A stretch of 64,000 bases of DNA from Chlorokybus atmophyticus (GCA_009103225.1 RHPI01003533.1:244713-308712), one strand, 5' to 3'; shown: positions 50,770-63,622, counted from the first letter of the stretch. A program made the numbers and translations. The notes: generated by a model from the letters alone, not told the origin.

Positions 50770-52900
50770 CTGCGTGCTGCATGGTCTAAGCCCATGCTTG
50801 TTTGGAAGCATAATAAGACACTGAGGTGTGGTTACATCAACAAAACCAGCATGATGACGGCGATTATGACAGCACAACAGCAGTACAATTCGCGAACTAC
50901 CTGCCAGTGTGGCAGCCAACAATTGGTACGGTTTGTGCATGCTGACTTGTTATCACTTTCAACACTGCCATAGCAAAGACTGCGCCTTTGCGACAGTTGC
51001 AATGTGGTGTGAAGTTTCGCCCTGTTGCTGTGGCTATTGTTGCGGAGTGTTTAGCAACGTTGCAAGCATGTGTAGTTATGAAGTTATGCACAAGCCATTG
51101 AGTAGGCAAAACACCAGCCAGGTCATTTGGACAATGATTTGCTTGCCTAATGGCAGACGGTCTACTACAGTAGTGGGTGGCCTCCATGTACTGCTTAACG
51201 GTCAGGTGCAGGGCATGCCGACAAACAGAGCCCATGATTGTACCTGAGTGGCCACTCAGGTGCAACTGCAGTAATTAAATCATGCATTGCTCGGGGAATT
51301 GCAGCGTTGCCTTGTCGCTACACAGGTGGACAAAGCGGCAAATGTATTTGCGTATGTTTGCAAGTATTACTATTTAATATGTTGCTGAATCAGCAACTGC
51401 CACTTATCAGCTGGTACAAGACACAACTAAACAGATGGTGGAGAGACATCAGACCTTCAACCGCTTGCATGGCTACTTGTGTGTACGCATGGGACAACCC
51501 AATCCATCTCACCTTTACATGACGCTCGAGATGCACAAGCCGCCTAAATTACGCTTCATTAATGCAGCGATTAATACTACACTTTGTGAAATCTTTATTT
51601 TCATTGGCGAGAGCATACAAATTCATGTCTTTGGTATTCACTAAGTTGCGGTAAGTGTGCGCCACAGTGCAGGATCCGTTGGTGCGGCAATCATCATGCA
51701 TGTAAGACTCTGCTGTAAGTGGTAAATAGTGGGTGCGTATGCATTGTATGTGTAGTACACAGTACATGTGTGTGCACGGTGGCATGTGTACTTTTTCCTC
51801 TGTTTTCTAATTCACGAGCCTTTGCGCACGCACCAGTCATCTCCGCGGTCATGTACAATCATTGCACGCTCGCCATTGGCTTCATCAAGTGTAACAATGA
51901 CCAATCTTGCATCCACTTGCTACGGCATTGGGAGCTCATACACTGGCAGTCCGCTCACGTGCACTGTGGCGTTGACCATGCACAACTTTCCATCTCACAA
52001 TTACGCAAGCCCTTGAAGCATGCATTGCTTGGGAAGCGGTGGTGCGGGATAGCACCATGATGTTATGCTCGCATCACATGGCACTTCCATAAAAGGAGTT
52101 TGTATTCGCATCTTTTGTTTCTGTGATTGTGCGTGCGTGCAAGCCTACGAGCGTCGCTCTTTATGCATGCGCATGCGATGTTAGCTATACAGATCGTGCA
52201 CAACTAACGGCATGACTGCAACACTTACTTAAATTTTACCATGCACAGTGAAGAGCTCCTAAGCATGAGAATTGCACATGATGTGCGTAACAGCATGACC
52301 GCTCGTATGCATTGCCAATGCGAGCTGCTCGCGGCAACTTGCATGTCCGCACTGCTGCTGACAGGTTACGTACTATATAAGCAGTAGGCAAGTGACAGGC
52401 ATTTTTATGGGTAACAACGCGGGAGTCTACCTTGCCAACAACCTTCCGTTTGTCTTTAAAACTGACTGGCTATAGTTGCTGAAGCCATTGGTACTCGGGC
52501 TAATGTTCAAGCTGTATGCAATTGGCATTGTGCGTTATGCAAATGACTTGTTGGTTGCTGATTTATCAGCGTTTGCACATGTCATGTACAAGAGTGCCAC
52601 CACTCCGGCTGGTGGGATATACCCACAGAACATGGTAAACACGTCGACCATAACAGCACTTGGCACATAGGTCCCAGATGTACGTTCGGATATGTTCATC
52701 TTTTGGACCATTGAGTAAGTGTACACATCAAAGTACTAGGATATATAGCCAACTCACAAAAACTGAGTTTGCTAGCATCCCCAACTTAAGGCAGCGCACC
52801 CGTACTCTAACATTTTTGGCACTGCTAAGCTCAATGTGGTGGTATCACAGTGCTTTCGCTTCATGAGGTTGAGCATGTACAGAGGTCTACTTTTGCACGT
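50770..52900 (+). mobile_element. Second decayed Penelope-like element (same Chlamys-like family as 27740-29050)
   Basis: Motifs in order: PMLVWKHNKT...TTCQC, YMTLEMHKPPKLRFINAA, FMGNNAGVYLANNL, IVRYANDLL, GGIYP, HPYSNIFGTAKLNVVVSQCFRFMRLS. Many stops and frameshifts. Confidence 0.72.
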
Positions 52901-55849
52901 TATGTATTAGCTGTCGATGGACATGCAGGGCATGAGCAATAACAAGCACGCGTTGATCTGATGATTGCGTGCTATTTTGTGGAATACGCCTGCCTTTGTC
53001 TTTGGCACCCATCGCCGTTGTTGAACCTCATCGCATGATACCGTATCAGGTGACATTAATGCACCCAACGAGCGGTTGCCGCTCGTACTTTTACTTATAA
53101 GCAAAAGTGAGTGCGCTATGCACGACCAGCGGTAAGCATGTTTGTGTTATGCTTGCTATGCAATGATGTGTGACTCTATGTGTGACTGTCGTGACATTTG
53201 CCACTGTTACATATGTTTTTTGTAATGTCTGCAGCCGAATTTGCATGTTGCTTGCCTGTTGCGTGAACAGGACATAGGGGGCCGGGCATGAGCATTATCG
53301 TGTCGTCGAGGCCATTGCCTGCCTCGTTGTCGCACCCTCCTCCTCCTCCTGCGCTTGCAGGTACTGTAGCGGTTGTTCGGCTGTTGACCATGTTTGATGA
53401 CGCAGTTACTATAGCGTGTAATTAAATAGCGTTACATAGTAGAGTGGATCAGTTAAAATGAGGGTGGGTAATGGCGGCATGTCTTTGGGGTATGGGGCCT
53501 GTCCCGACCTCATACCGCCAAAAACGCGGCCGTTTTAACCACTAACTGTACTGCAATTGCATCGAATCCCTAGCGATTTGGGTCGCCGTTGGTAAGCAGT
53601 TGCCGCTGAGATAGTTTTCAGCATCTTTCATGCATCTTTGCAATGATTGGCGAATTCGCTGCCTTTTTGAGCAACGGCTGTTGTCACCGTTGCGATCCCA
53701 TTTAATCAAATTCATGTGTGACCAAATGGTGGCCTAACGATGCAATTTTTCATTTAGTTGAATTTCAACGTTAAGGTAACTTAGGTTAGCATTATTTTGA
53801 TGGTTGTAACCTTGGCATTACTTACTGAATATTTTAGCACGTACCGTGGCATGAACGTTACGTTGAGTATTAAGTTTATGAATGCTTAACTGCAAGTTGC
53901 TAGCCATATTGCACCATATTGCAACAGATGTGCTTCATTTTGTAACACATCAGAGATATCAACATGTATCATTGTATCTCCATATTTATTAACATTATTT
54001 ATGTAACACATAAACATGATCAACATGCAGCCATAAGCGGCCACGTATGCAGAACTGTGCTTAATTTTACATTTATTGGCATGCGTTTACACAATTCGAT
54101 GTGCTTTGGACGGCCAGGGTCGTTTAGGCAGATCTAACGGTGTAACGCTTGTACTCGCCGCCTAGCCAATGAGAAGCCGGCCACACATACTGCCGCAGCC
54201 CGGCAGTCGCGGGTGTCGTGTGATGGCCCGACCAAACAGCCGCACCACTGGATATCTCGCATATAACGTGGCAGAAACGTTAGTACTTAATGTATTATCT
54301 TTATACATGTGGGACATGTTCAGATCATATTAAGCCATGTGAACTATCTATATATTATGTATAGAAGATTGCATGTATCATATATTTTATGCATACAAAA
54401 TTACTTATCAGTACCCGGAGGACGGCAGGAGGACGCTCGGCGGACGCCATCGAGCCGTTCGCCGCGCCTGTAGGACAACGCGGCGGACGCCCGCCGCCAC
54501 CGTCCGATCGGGCCGTTAAGCCGTCACTACATTGCGCGAGCTCTAACCGACAATGTGACCGTGACTGGAGTTACCGCCGCCTCATGTCCATAGTGCAGAT
54601 GTCTGATGTTGTTGCTGCTGGTGGTTGATAATCAGTTCATGCATTGGATGCACATGGCTATACAATGGTTGCACATTGAATATACATGATATAAACTTAA
54701 TAAGATTAAATGCCATTGTATGTTATGATTATTGGTTCAACAATATAACTGCTACATAAATATTGAATTAATTAAGTGTTAACCTCGATATGGATTTTTA
54801 TGACACAGGTTTCCATTTTTCCTGTTATCCGTTAAAACAATTATATCATAATGTAACGTGCATGGATAGCACATAACTTGCATATTTTATTATCTTATGA
54901 TCATGTATATGAGTTGTATGAGCAGCATGTGTCATGCTTATAAGACAGAAGATGTGAGTTAAAATCAGAATGCAACATGAAAGTTCAGCACCTAATTTGC
55001 ATTTCATATTCATGTGATCATAAGGTGAGAAAATGTGAACAGCATATTTAAGGCTGACCACTAAGGGCGAGGCCTTTCTTGCAATTCGCTAGCTAATGCA
55101 ACTAAGCACTAACATACATTTCCATACACAGCATACAATAATGTATGACGGATATTATTACTCCGTCCACAAGTAAAACTATCACAGTACAGGATGGTCT
55201 TAAGTTCATCTCTTCAAGCAGCCTCCTAGACACATCAGTGAGGAGGAGTTTGTGTCACAATATGCATCAGTGCACCCAATGCCGACTGAAAATACCGATG
55301 CAATAGCCATGTAGCGTCGTCGTCATAAACAAATCACAGGCAGGGTGGTCAAGCCACTCTCTGACCTATAGGCGCCTAAGCTGTGCTTCATTAACATCTC
55401 ACACAAGCGTGATCATGCATATTGCATGTTGCTTGTGGCTTGCTGCTCTGTGCCCTATTATCATCTACTTCGGGGTTGCCTTGTGCAACCTTCGTGTGTT
55501 ATGCTCACGCATTGTGTGAGCTGTTGTTGGCGAAGTCACATATGCACTGGAGGATACACACATACGGCAACAGTGTGTAAAGCTACTGCACGCGTACGCT
55601 GTGGCACACATGCTTGCACATAGCAATACACAAGGGCAGAAGCAGATAGGCAGCTGTTGTCCACAACACCATCAACAGAAGTAGCTGGAAGTGGGAGGCA
55701 CCTCTTTGTTAGCACCGGCGTCACCCATAGAACACACACTGCAAGCCCTAGGTAGAACACCCGAAAACGCCCCCACACAGAAGGGTAAGCAAGGCCTCTT
55801 TAACAGCTAAGCCAAGCACCCCATACACACAGCAAGTGAGCACCATGCT

Positions 55850-56900
55850 GCGTTCAACTAATGTAACAATACCGTGTCTTCACATACGGTGTGCCTAATG
55901 ATGCAATTAAGCACCCCGCAAGGCAATGCACACTTGCAATACAAGCTGCACACTACTGTCAGCACAATGCATCTGGGCTTGAACCAATGAGACGCGGCTT
56001 TGGTCCGTTCGTTGGGGGGGGGGGGGGGGGGGTCTCGTTGCCAAGAAGACCTCTTTTGGCTTCCAGCAGCACGGCCCCACTGGGCTGGCCGCTCTGAGCA
56101 GTACCTTAGTTCAACCCCTTGCGTACAGTACCTGATAGGGTCGCTTATACAGCTAGTCCTTGCGCTGATGCCGTCAACACATCAGCCTTGTTGTGACTAT
56201 GCCCTGCTTGTTATGCGTAACATTCCTCCCCACTCGCTTTGCAACGTCCCATTGCAACCAAAGTTGGACCCGGGTCCGCACGAGCAGAAACAGTAATAAT
56301 CAAGCCCTGCAACGCAAACCGCACTCCACATTTTGAAATGGTGCAAGTTGTGGGAGTTGGCATCTGTTAGTGAGCACAAGATGATGGTAGTCATTGGAAG
56401 AGTGTCCATTGTTCAACATGTCACATGTTGAACAATGTGCCGCACCAATCAATAGTGACTGATCGGATTGTGGGTGGTAGACTGTACTCAAGCTTTGGTT
56501 AGTACCATGAACGCATATATAGCTCGCAAAAACTTGCTAAAGAACTTGGGACCCTATCTAACACCAGCTCATGTCGTACTTCATGGGACTTGAACCATGA
56601 GCTAATGAAACATCACGCAAACTCTTTCGCATCTACGTCAGTGCGGCAGGGCTTATAGCTTACCGTATTTGTCAGTCTGTTTACAAAGACAATGAGTGCA
56701 TTGTAACCTTTCCTTGATCAGAGCTCAATGACCCAATCGATCCGAGATCCATGCTGACATCTTGCCATTGATCCTGGTCACTGCAATGACTTTAGTAGAC
56801 CAGGCTTTTTACGTGAAGCTGTCGGGCCTGACAGAGTCGTGTGCCCCTCTGGGTGGCTCCCAACCATATTGTCATGATGGGGAATGAGGCCAGCCTAGTG
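55850..56900 (-). mobile_element. Highly decayed chromovirus-type integrase remnant
   Basis: HDNMVGSH, KKPGLLKSL, WQDVSMD, KGYNALIVFVNRLT, LVLDR, STVYHPQSD and RPYQV, in order and across frameshifts. Confidence 0.65.
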
Positions 56901-57113
56901 GGTTGTGAATCTGCACAGCACGGAAGGCAAAGAATACGCCCCTGTCTGTACCTACTTGTGAGAGAAACACATGTGAGGCTGACAACATGTGGTACGATGT
57001 GGTGCTGTGCGCTTTGAGTGATGACAATGCGTTGCTGATAATGCTAACGAGAGCAAGTCAACAAGCCACCCCCCTTTGTGAACTAGGGAAGTCTCTGCTC
57101 CAGGGACCAGTCT

Positions 57114-59900
57114 TCAGCGAGAATGAGGAGGACTACGGACGCGGCAGTTCTCACACCAATATGCCTCCAGAGGCACAGTGTCTTTTGGCGGGTCGAGGCA
57201 GTAGCAGTGCTTACCGTTGTTGCAGCCGTCGCACAACATCATGAGTGCGTCGTTGTCGGCACTGCCGCACTTCTCGCGACGCTTGCTGCGATTGGGTTGA
57301 GGGTGTTAAATGACGTCGAAGCTTGCAATGTGTGGCAGGTGACATGGAGCGCAGTTCTCCAGGCTGTCCTTGAGGCGCTCACCGTTGTTGCCGAGCTAAT
57401 CCAGCACTTCAGAGGGAAGTACCTTCAACACCTTGTAGACGACACGCTTGACACTGATGTCAAGAGTGTCGCTGGTTTGGATCATGCGGTAGACATAGTC
57501 GCCCGCTTTGAAGCGACAACTGCGCTGTTTGTAAAAACCACTGCGGACGTGTTTATAGCGCAGTGTGTCCCGGGGCTGAGCGATGCAGGGATTGCTCATG
57601 GCCATGGGGATCACGTGTGCGAACAGGTAAGCGCGCTGTTGCATGTCGTGCAGCATAGCCACAGGTTTGTTGAGGTTGTCCAGCACGCGTTCCACCTCCT
57701 TTTGTGCGCGGAAGGGGAGTAAGGGTTCCCTGCCAAACAACAGGTGATACGGGCTGTACATGCGCAAGGAAGCTTGCTTGGGCAATCGATAGCCCAAGGC
57801 TATCCATGGGAGGTAGTCATCCCAGGTGCGCTTCTCGTGGTCGATGACGTACTTGCGCAAGGCCTGCTTGATGGTTTAGACCGTACGTTCCGCCAGCCCA
57901 TCCACCTGCGGATGGTCACGTAAGGTGCGCCCGTGGTCAATGTAGAAACGATCGAGCAAGGTGTGAACTCGCCGCGGAACTCCGCTCTTTGGTCGGTGAT
58001 GACTTCAGCGCATGAGCCGAAACAATTAAGCACATGGCCTAGGAAAGCCTGAGCGATTCCTCTGCTGCTTTTGTCGAAAAGGGGGACCAGCTCAACCCAC
58101 TTCGAATCGTGTTCGATTATGACGAGGATGTACTTGTTGCCAAGAGCTGAGGGTGCTGAATCTCCAAGGATGTCTAGTCCCCACCAGTAAAAAATGCCGG
58201 CGATAGGGTGTGGGTGCAGCGTGCTGGTGCGGGTGTTGAGGCTGGCGCGCACCAGGTCGCAGTGCGTGCGTTCGCAACAAAGGCGCAAACCTGGGTGTGC
58301 ATGCCATGCCACCAGTACTGGGCACTCACCAAGCTGACGGTGCGCTTGACACCGAAATGCCCCAACTCTGTGTGGAGTGCAGCGACGATGCCCTCGCATC
58401 GGTGCTGAGCCGGTACCTCCTTGTCATGGATGTGGACCCACCGAAACACGAGTCCATCCTCCCAGCGGTAGTTCTGACATTGCTGCCTGACGCGGTCACG
58501 CTCGCGCGTGCTTAGTCCTGCCACCTGTTGTCCATGTTGTAGGTAGATCACCGAGTTCTTGTCCAACCTGATGTCTTGACCTATGTCTGCAGCCGGGAGT
58601 TGGGCATCATCTGGCGTGGTCTGTTCAACTGGGTCGGTGTCAACGGGGGTGAGCGCTGGCATGTCCTCTTTTTCCAGCATTGTCGGAGCCGCTCCTGTAA
58701 TGGTGTCCCGTCCCGAGCGCAATGCAGCTACGGCAAACATGGTGGCCACCTGCGGTGGTGGTGCCTCTAGACCCAGCTCATGTCGGGCACCAGTGTCGTC
58801 GTCGGTGGAAAGGTGGGGGTTGCGACTGAGGCCGTCTGCGTCCTGGTTGACCAAGTCTGCCCGGTGGGTGATCTCAAAGTCGTACTCTTGTAGCAGCAGA
58901 GCCCACCTGGCCAACTTGCCCGTAAGGTGCTGGTTGGTGGTCGGTGATCAGGAAGAATTGTCTTCCGAACAGAAAAGGTCTAAAGAAGGAGATGGCCCAT
59001 ACTGTAGCAAGGCATTCGCCTTCGTGACAACTGTAGTTGGCCTCAGCGCTCTTGTTGCTGCGGTTGGCGTAGGACATCACCCGCTCCCTCTTGTTGTCGC
59101 CGAGCTGAACCAATACAGCGCCCATGCCGAGCTTGCTCCAGTCGGTATGAAGAAAAAAGGGTTTGGTGTAGTTTGGTCGCTGCAGGATGGGGGCTGAGGT
59201 GAGCCTCTGCTTCAGCTCTTCGAAAGCCTGTTGCTGGGCAAAGTCTTTTACGATCCTCCTATAGTAGTTGGCGAGGCCGAGGAAGGCACGCAGGTGGGTC
59301 AGGTCTATCGGGGCTGGGCATACTAACGCCTCCACCTTGGCCTGCTGAATGTACACGCCGTTGGGCACGATTATGTGACCAAGGTAGGGAACTTTGCGGG
59401 TTGAAAACGTGCACTTGTCGGGGTGCACAATCATCCCTGGTGCTGCAGCTGGTGCTTCGTAGATGTCCTGCTGGACATCTTCAAAGTAGTTTCGTTCGCG
59501 ACGATGGACCACCTGTTCTTGCTGTTCACGGAACTGGGGAGCCCGATCCAGTGGATCAAAGCGGCGGCATTACTCACGCCATGAACATGTGTCCAACTCA
59601 GGGTCGTTGCCCAGCGAACGCGCAGCAAATGCCCGTAACAGTTGAACCACCTGCGGGTCCAAGTCATCGAAGTGGTCCAGGTTGGACGGCTCTTGGTTGG
59701 GTGGTTCCAGCAATGCTGGATGCTCTAGCACCGACCGGCGGTTGTACAGATCTCAGAATATAGTGAGGGTTTTGTCGTTGATGCGAAGGGTGCAAAAGTC
59801 GAGACCAGCTCCTGTCGATGGAGAGGGACAGTGGCGACACCATATAGCAGGGCATCCTCGTCGATTTGTTCAGTCCTAAGATAACGGCTAGTTTAAGAAA
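57114..59900 (-). mobile_element. Decayed, internally deleted Ty3/gypsy pol fragment whose integrase ends in a PHD finger
   Basis: RT C-terminus HPDKCTF..VPYLGH; RH LHTDWS..NYSCHEGECLA; IN H.ELGHFGVKRT, WGLDILG, ITDQ and TWDDYLPWIALGYR; then ENCAPCHLP and (R)EKCGSADNDALMMLCDGCNNGKHCYCLDPP...WCENC. PPT-like AAAGGGGGTGG near 57065-57075. The RT core is deleted. Confidence 0.8.
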
Positions 59901-59949
59901 TGACCTAGATCAAGCCTAAGTCAAAACTTGCAACGGATTACTTAGCACG

Positions 59950-60360
59950 GATTATACTAGGTACCTATGAAGACTGAAGACAATTGCTTCGTGTCGTGTG
60001 GGACTCTTACCGGTAGCCGGGGTCGATGTATGGCTGTAGGCATGACTGATAAAAAGGATTATCGATGCTGGTAGCACGGGAACGACGCCTGGCTGTAGGC
60101 ATCTGCGAGGAAGTTGGCCCCTCCTGGACCGCTGGCATGACAAAGCCTTGGCACGCACACATATGCCACATGTACTCACGTACCTTGTTATATCAACTGG
60201 CATGCTTGAACACTAGTACCACCTCGAGAGCTCTCAAGCTGCTCGATGATGATCTTGCGCGTGCTCATGTTTTTATTCAACATAATGTTATGGGCCTCTA
60301 CATGCACTCCTGTCGCATGGCGAACATGTCAGGTACGACTAGCTTGCTCTTGTAATACCA
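59950..60360 (-). mobile_element. Additional decayed gypsy integrase N-terminal (zinc finger) remnant
   Basis: YYKSKLVVP...MPVDITRYVSTCGICVRAK. Confidence 0.6.
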
Positions 60361-61567
60361 CAAACCTTCGTTGCACACAAAAACTGTATTAGCTTGTTGT
60401 ATTAAGAGAGAATCATGTGTAAGGTTGACCACACATGGCTAGGCCTTTGTAACAACTTACCAACCTATTAAAAATAGCCAACCAATGCAATTGAGCACTG
60501 GCATACATAACACATAAAGGTTGCGCGTGGCAAACCCCGAAGTAGGTGGCGGTAGGGCCAAAACAAGCAAGAAGTCATGCGATTTACATGCGGGCCAAGG
60601 CAGAGCTGTGCACAGCTTACTCTAACTCAACACAACCCTCGCCGATGCTGGAGGCTGTTGCGCGGTCATATCCCCCCCGGTCGTTCAGGCTACATGGCTT
60701 CGTTCGGTCATCACGGCAATCATGTCGTACAGCATGTACGCAACAGCGCAAGCACGCAACCACGCAACAGCATACACACAGCGGGCACTTCAGGCACATG
60801 ATGTAGCAACTACATGCAGCAAGACTCATTAACATACATGTCCACACTGTCAGTCCCCCTGATACAACAAAGTATGCAAGACGCACTACTCGGTCTCCAA
60901 GTAGAACCGTCACAGCAGGGGATGCTCTTAAGTCCTTCTCTTTAGAGCAGGCTCTCAAAGACAAACCTGTGAAGTCTGTCCTCCAATCTTCCTTCGCACA
61001 CCGCTCCCAACACCGTGTGACAGCACACAGCCTACGACACATAGATCAGAGGAAGGCCCCTTTAACAGCTACTGCCAAGCACCGCTCACACAGTAGTGAG
61101 CATAAGGAGCTTAATACTTTTCATCATCATGATGTTTAGCAACTGCCAGCATCCTCCTTATATACTCCTATCTGTTGCCTTCCACACGTTGGCAGCGGAG
61201 GTGCACCTTACCAGCCAGCTGCCTAATTGCCCCCTTCACCACATGTGTTGACCTCAGTTATGTGCTTTGCCACCTTAGGCTATGCCGGCAACAGATTAAT
61301 ACTGTCAGCGAGTTGAGAGTGTTAGCGAAGTAAAGACTTGTTGTGTGTTTCACTATTACTTGGTTTTTGAGATCTGCGTATTGGTTTGTTGAGTGAGAGC
61401 CAGCAAGCTGCGAGTGGGGTGTGACGACACATAACAAGCCTTCAACATGTGACCGAGTGCAGTGCCGTTGCATTTGCAACTGTACTAGGAGCTATGTTGT
61501 GTGCATGTGCAATGACGCTTAGGTCCCTCGCATGCATACTATGTGTACATGTATTACGGCTGGTGTC

Positions 61568-63526
61568 TCACAAGCTCTCAGAGGCTCGCTTCTTGCCCTT
61601 CTTATAACCTACACGCTCCAAGTTCAACTTTTTAACACATGTTGCAATGGTGATGACATTAGCGGGATCCGCTATATGAGCAGCGACTAACTGGCGCGCA
61701 ATCTTCGTGGGTGTTACTAGCTGACCAGTCTTTACCTGTTGCTCTTGAGCACGATGGTGCAGCACTTCATAAGAACATTTCAGCTCGTGAAAGCGACGGC
61801 GATCAAACTTCTTTCGCTCTTCAGCGCTCAGCTTGTCTAGCGGCTTAATACCATTGAAGTCATCACCGTATTCAATAAGCCGATACAACTTCTCCATGCT
61901 CTTCAGAGTACCAAGCTTTGGGAATAGACATGCTGTGCTTGCACTCGCTGTTGTAGTCAGCGGAACTGCTGCCATGGGTGCCGATGTGGTGGCTCCAGTG
62001 TTGTGCCCGTCATGCACAGGTGTTGCTTGCATTGCCGGTTGTCCGAAATATGCAGAAACCCCATAGTCCCAACCAGGCGGCGGAAACTGCACAAAAGAGC
62101 GGGGTATCATGCCCGCAAATGGTCGCGTCAAGGGATGCTTTGAAGGACTTGGCTGCACCGGTCGCAAGGCTCTGCATCTGCGCGCACGCCCGTGCAGTTT
62201 ACACATGCATTTGATATATTTACTACAATATATCAAATGCATGCTAGCGCATCGGCCATTGTCCTTCGTTTCAAAAAACGTACCACTTGCGGCTGGTGCA
62301 GTAGCTGAAGGCGTGTTGTGCTCCCCGCTTGGTTGGCCAGCACGCACACCTGCGCAGTTGACGATTGCAATTGATAACACGAACACCTGTAACTGATCAG
62401 AAACTACAACCACCGTCCTTATACACAACCAAGAATGCATGCCACTAGTTGAGATTGCTCTGATTAGAACTTCAAGTTCTAATCAGAGCAACCAGCTGCA
62501 AATGGTAAGTTACCATTTGCAGCTGGTGCAGTAACTGGAGACGTGTTGTGCTCACTTGGTGTACCTGTGCGCACACCTGTGCAGTTGTCGAAAATTAGTC
62601 AAACTCCTGCGGCTGATACACATGTAGAATGCATACTCACGCACAACCACTTTGTATGCAAGTGCCATGCTGGAGTGTGTATGTCATTGTTAAAAAATAA
62701 CCATTTAAGGCTGGTGCATTTGCATTGCCTGGAGACGTGTTGTGCTCCTTACTTGGTCAAACACCAGGCGGTGCCGCAGCTTCGCACACTGCATGATACA
62801 CACACAACTTCAGTTGGCGCACAAAGTTGAAGAAGACTAGATAAACAATGCACCATTGGCAACAATGAATAACTTACTGTTCGCTGCAGAAGTTGCAGCA
62901 TTTTGTGGTGTGGATGGCGTCGTTGTAGTATCATTGCACGTGCTGCATGTATTCCCTGTAGCACCTGCAGGGCCTGCCGATGAATGGAAGGTTGTCAAAT
63001 ACGAACCTCAATGCATGAGAGAGCGAATGACTCTGGCACAGGGTGCATTTACTTGCTGCCACACCAGTTGCGGTTGTCTGGTTTGCTGTATCTGCGAGCA
63101 ACGCAAGACTGGTCGGCAACATCTCCGCAGGGGTTATCACTTCATGCACGGTTAGAAGTAGACAGGTAGACGCCCACACGCACAGGCAGACAAAAACCCA
63201 CATACGCATTGGTGACAGTTAATGCCGACTCCGCCGCGCATGCGCACGTTCGCACACGGAAGCATACACGCACGCACTCATACACAACGACGCTGACGCA
63301 CATGCACACGGACCAGCAGACGTATGCACACGCGTGCACGCGTCACCAGCATGCGCCCATTAGCATGTGTACGCGCACACACGCACATGACTGCACATCA
63401 GGGCTGTAAGCATGTAGATACAAAGCTTACTGGCTGTTGTGGACGTTGCAACGCCTTGTGGTGTGAATGGCATTGGCGTGGCATTGTTGCACGTGCTCCA
63501 TGTGTTCTCTTCAACACGTGAAGGGC
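61568..63526 (-). CDS. 3' part of a multi-exon gene: duplicated low-complexity exons plus a terminal GCR1_C-like domain (possible Crypton-related or domesticated gene)
   Basis: AG/GT-flanked exons of 96, 96, 63 and 66 nt (63431-63526, 62878-62973, 62514-62576, 62284-62349). Terminal ORF contains TLKSMEKLYRLIEYGDDFNGIKPLDKLSAEERKKFDRRRF. The 5' part is probably beyond the window. Confidence 0.45.
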
Positions 63527-63583
63527 CTGCAGCATTGGACAGGTAGTCGTCATTGAGGGAGCCCCTCACGCGCACGCGCGCAT

Positions 63584-63622
<39 letters not shown>

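Noticed and set aside
53450-53560. Nested imperfect hairpin (TTTGG-GGTATGGGG / CCTCATACCGCCAAA)
   Set aside because: A single imperfect stem with no second copy, TSD or coding context, so it cannot be assigned.
56957-57063. 107-bp TG...CA segment after the PPT-like tract of the PHD element, as a possible 3' LTR
   Set aside because: No matching 5' copy or TSD was found in the window.
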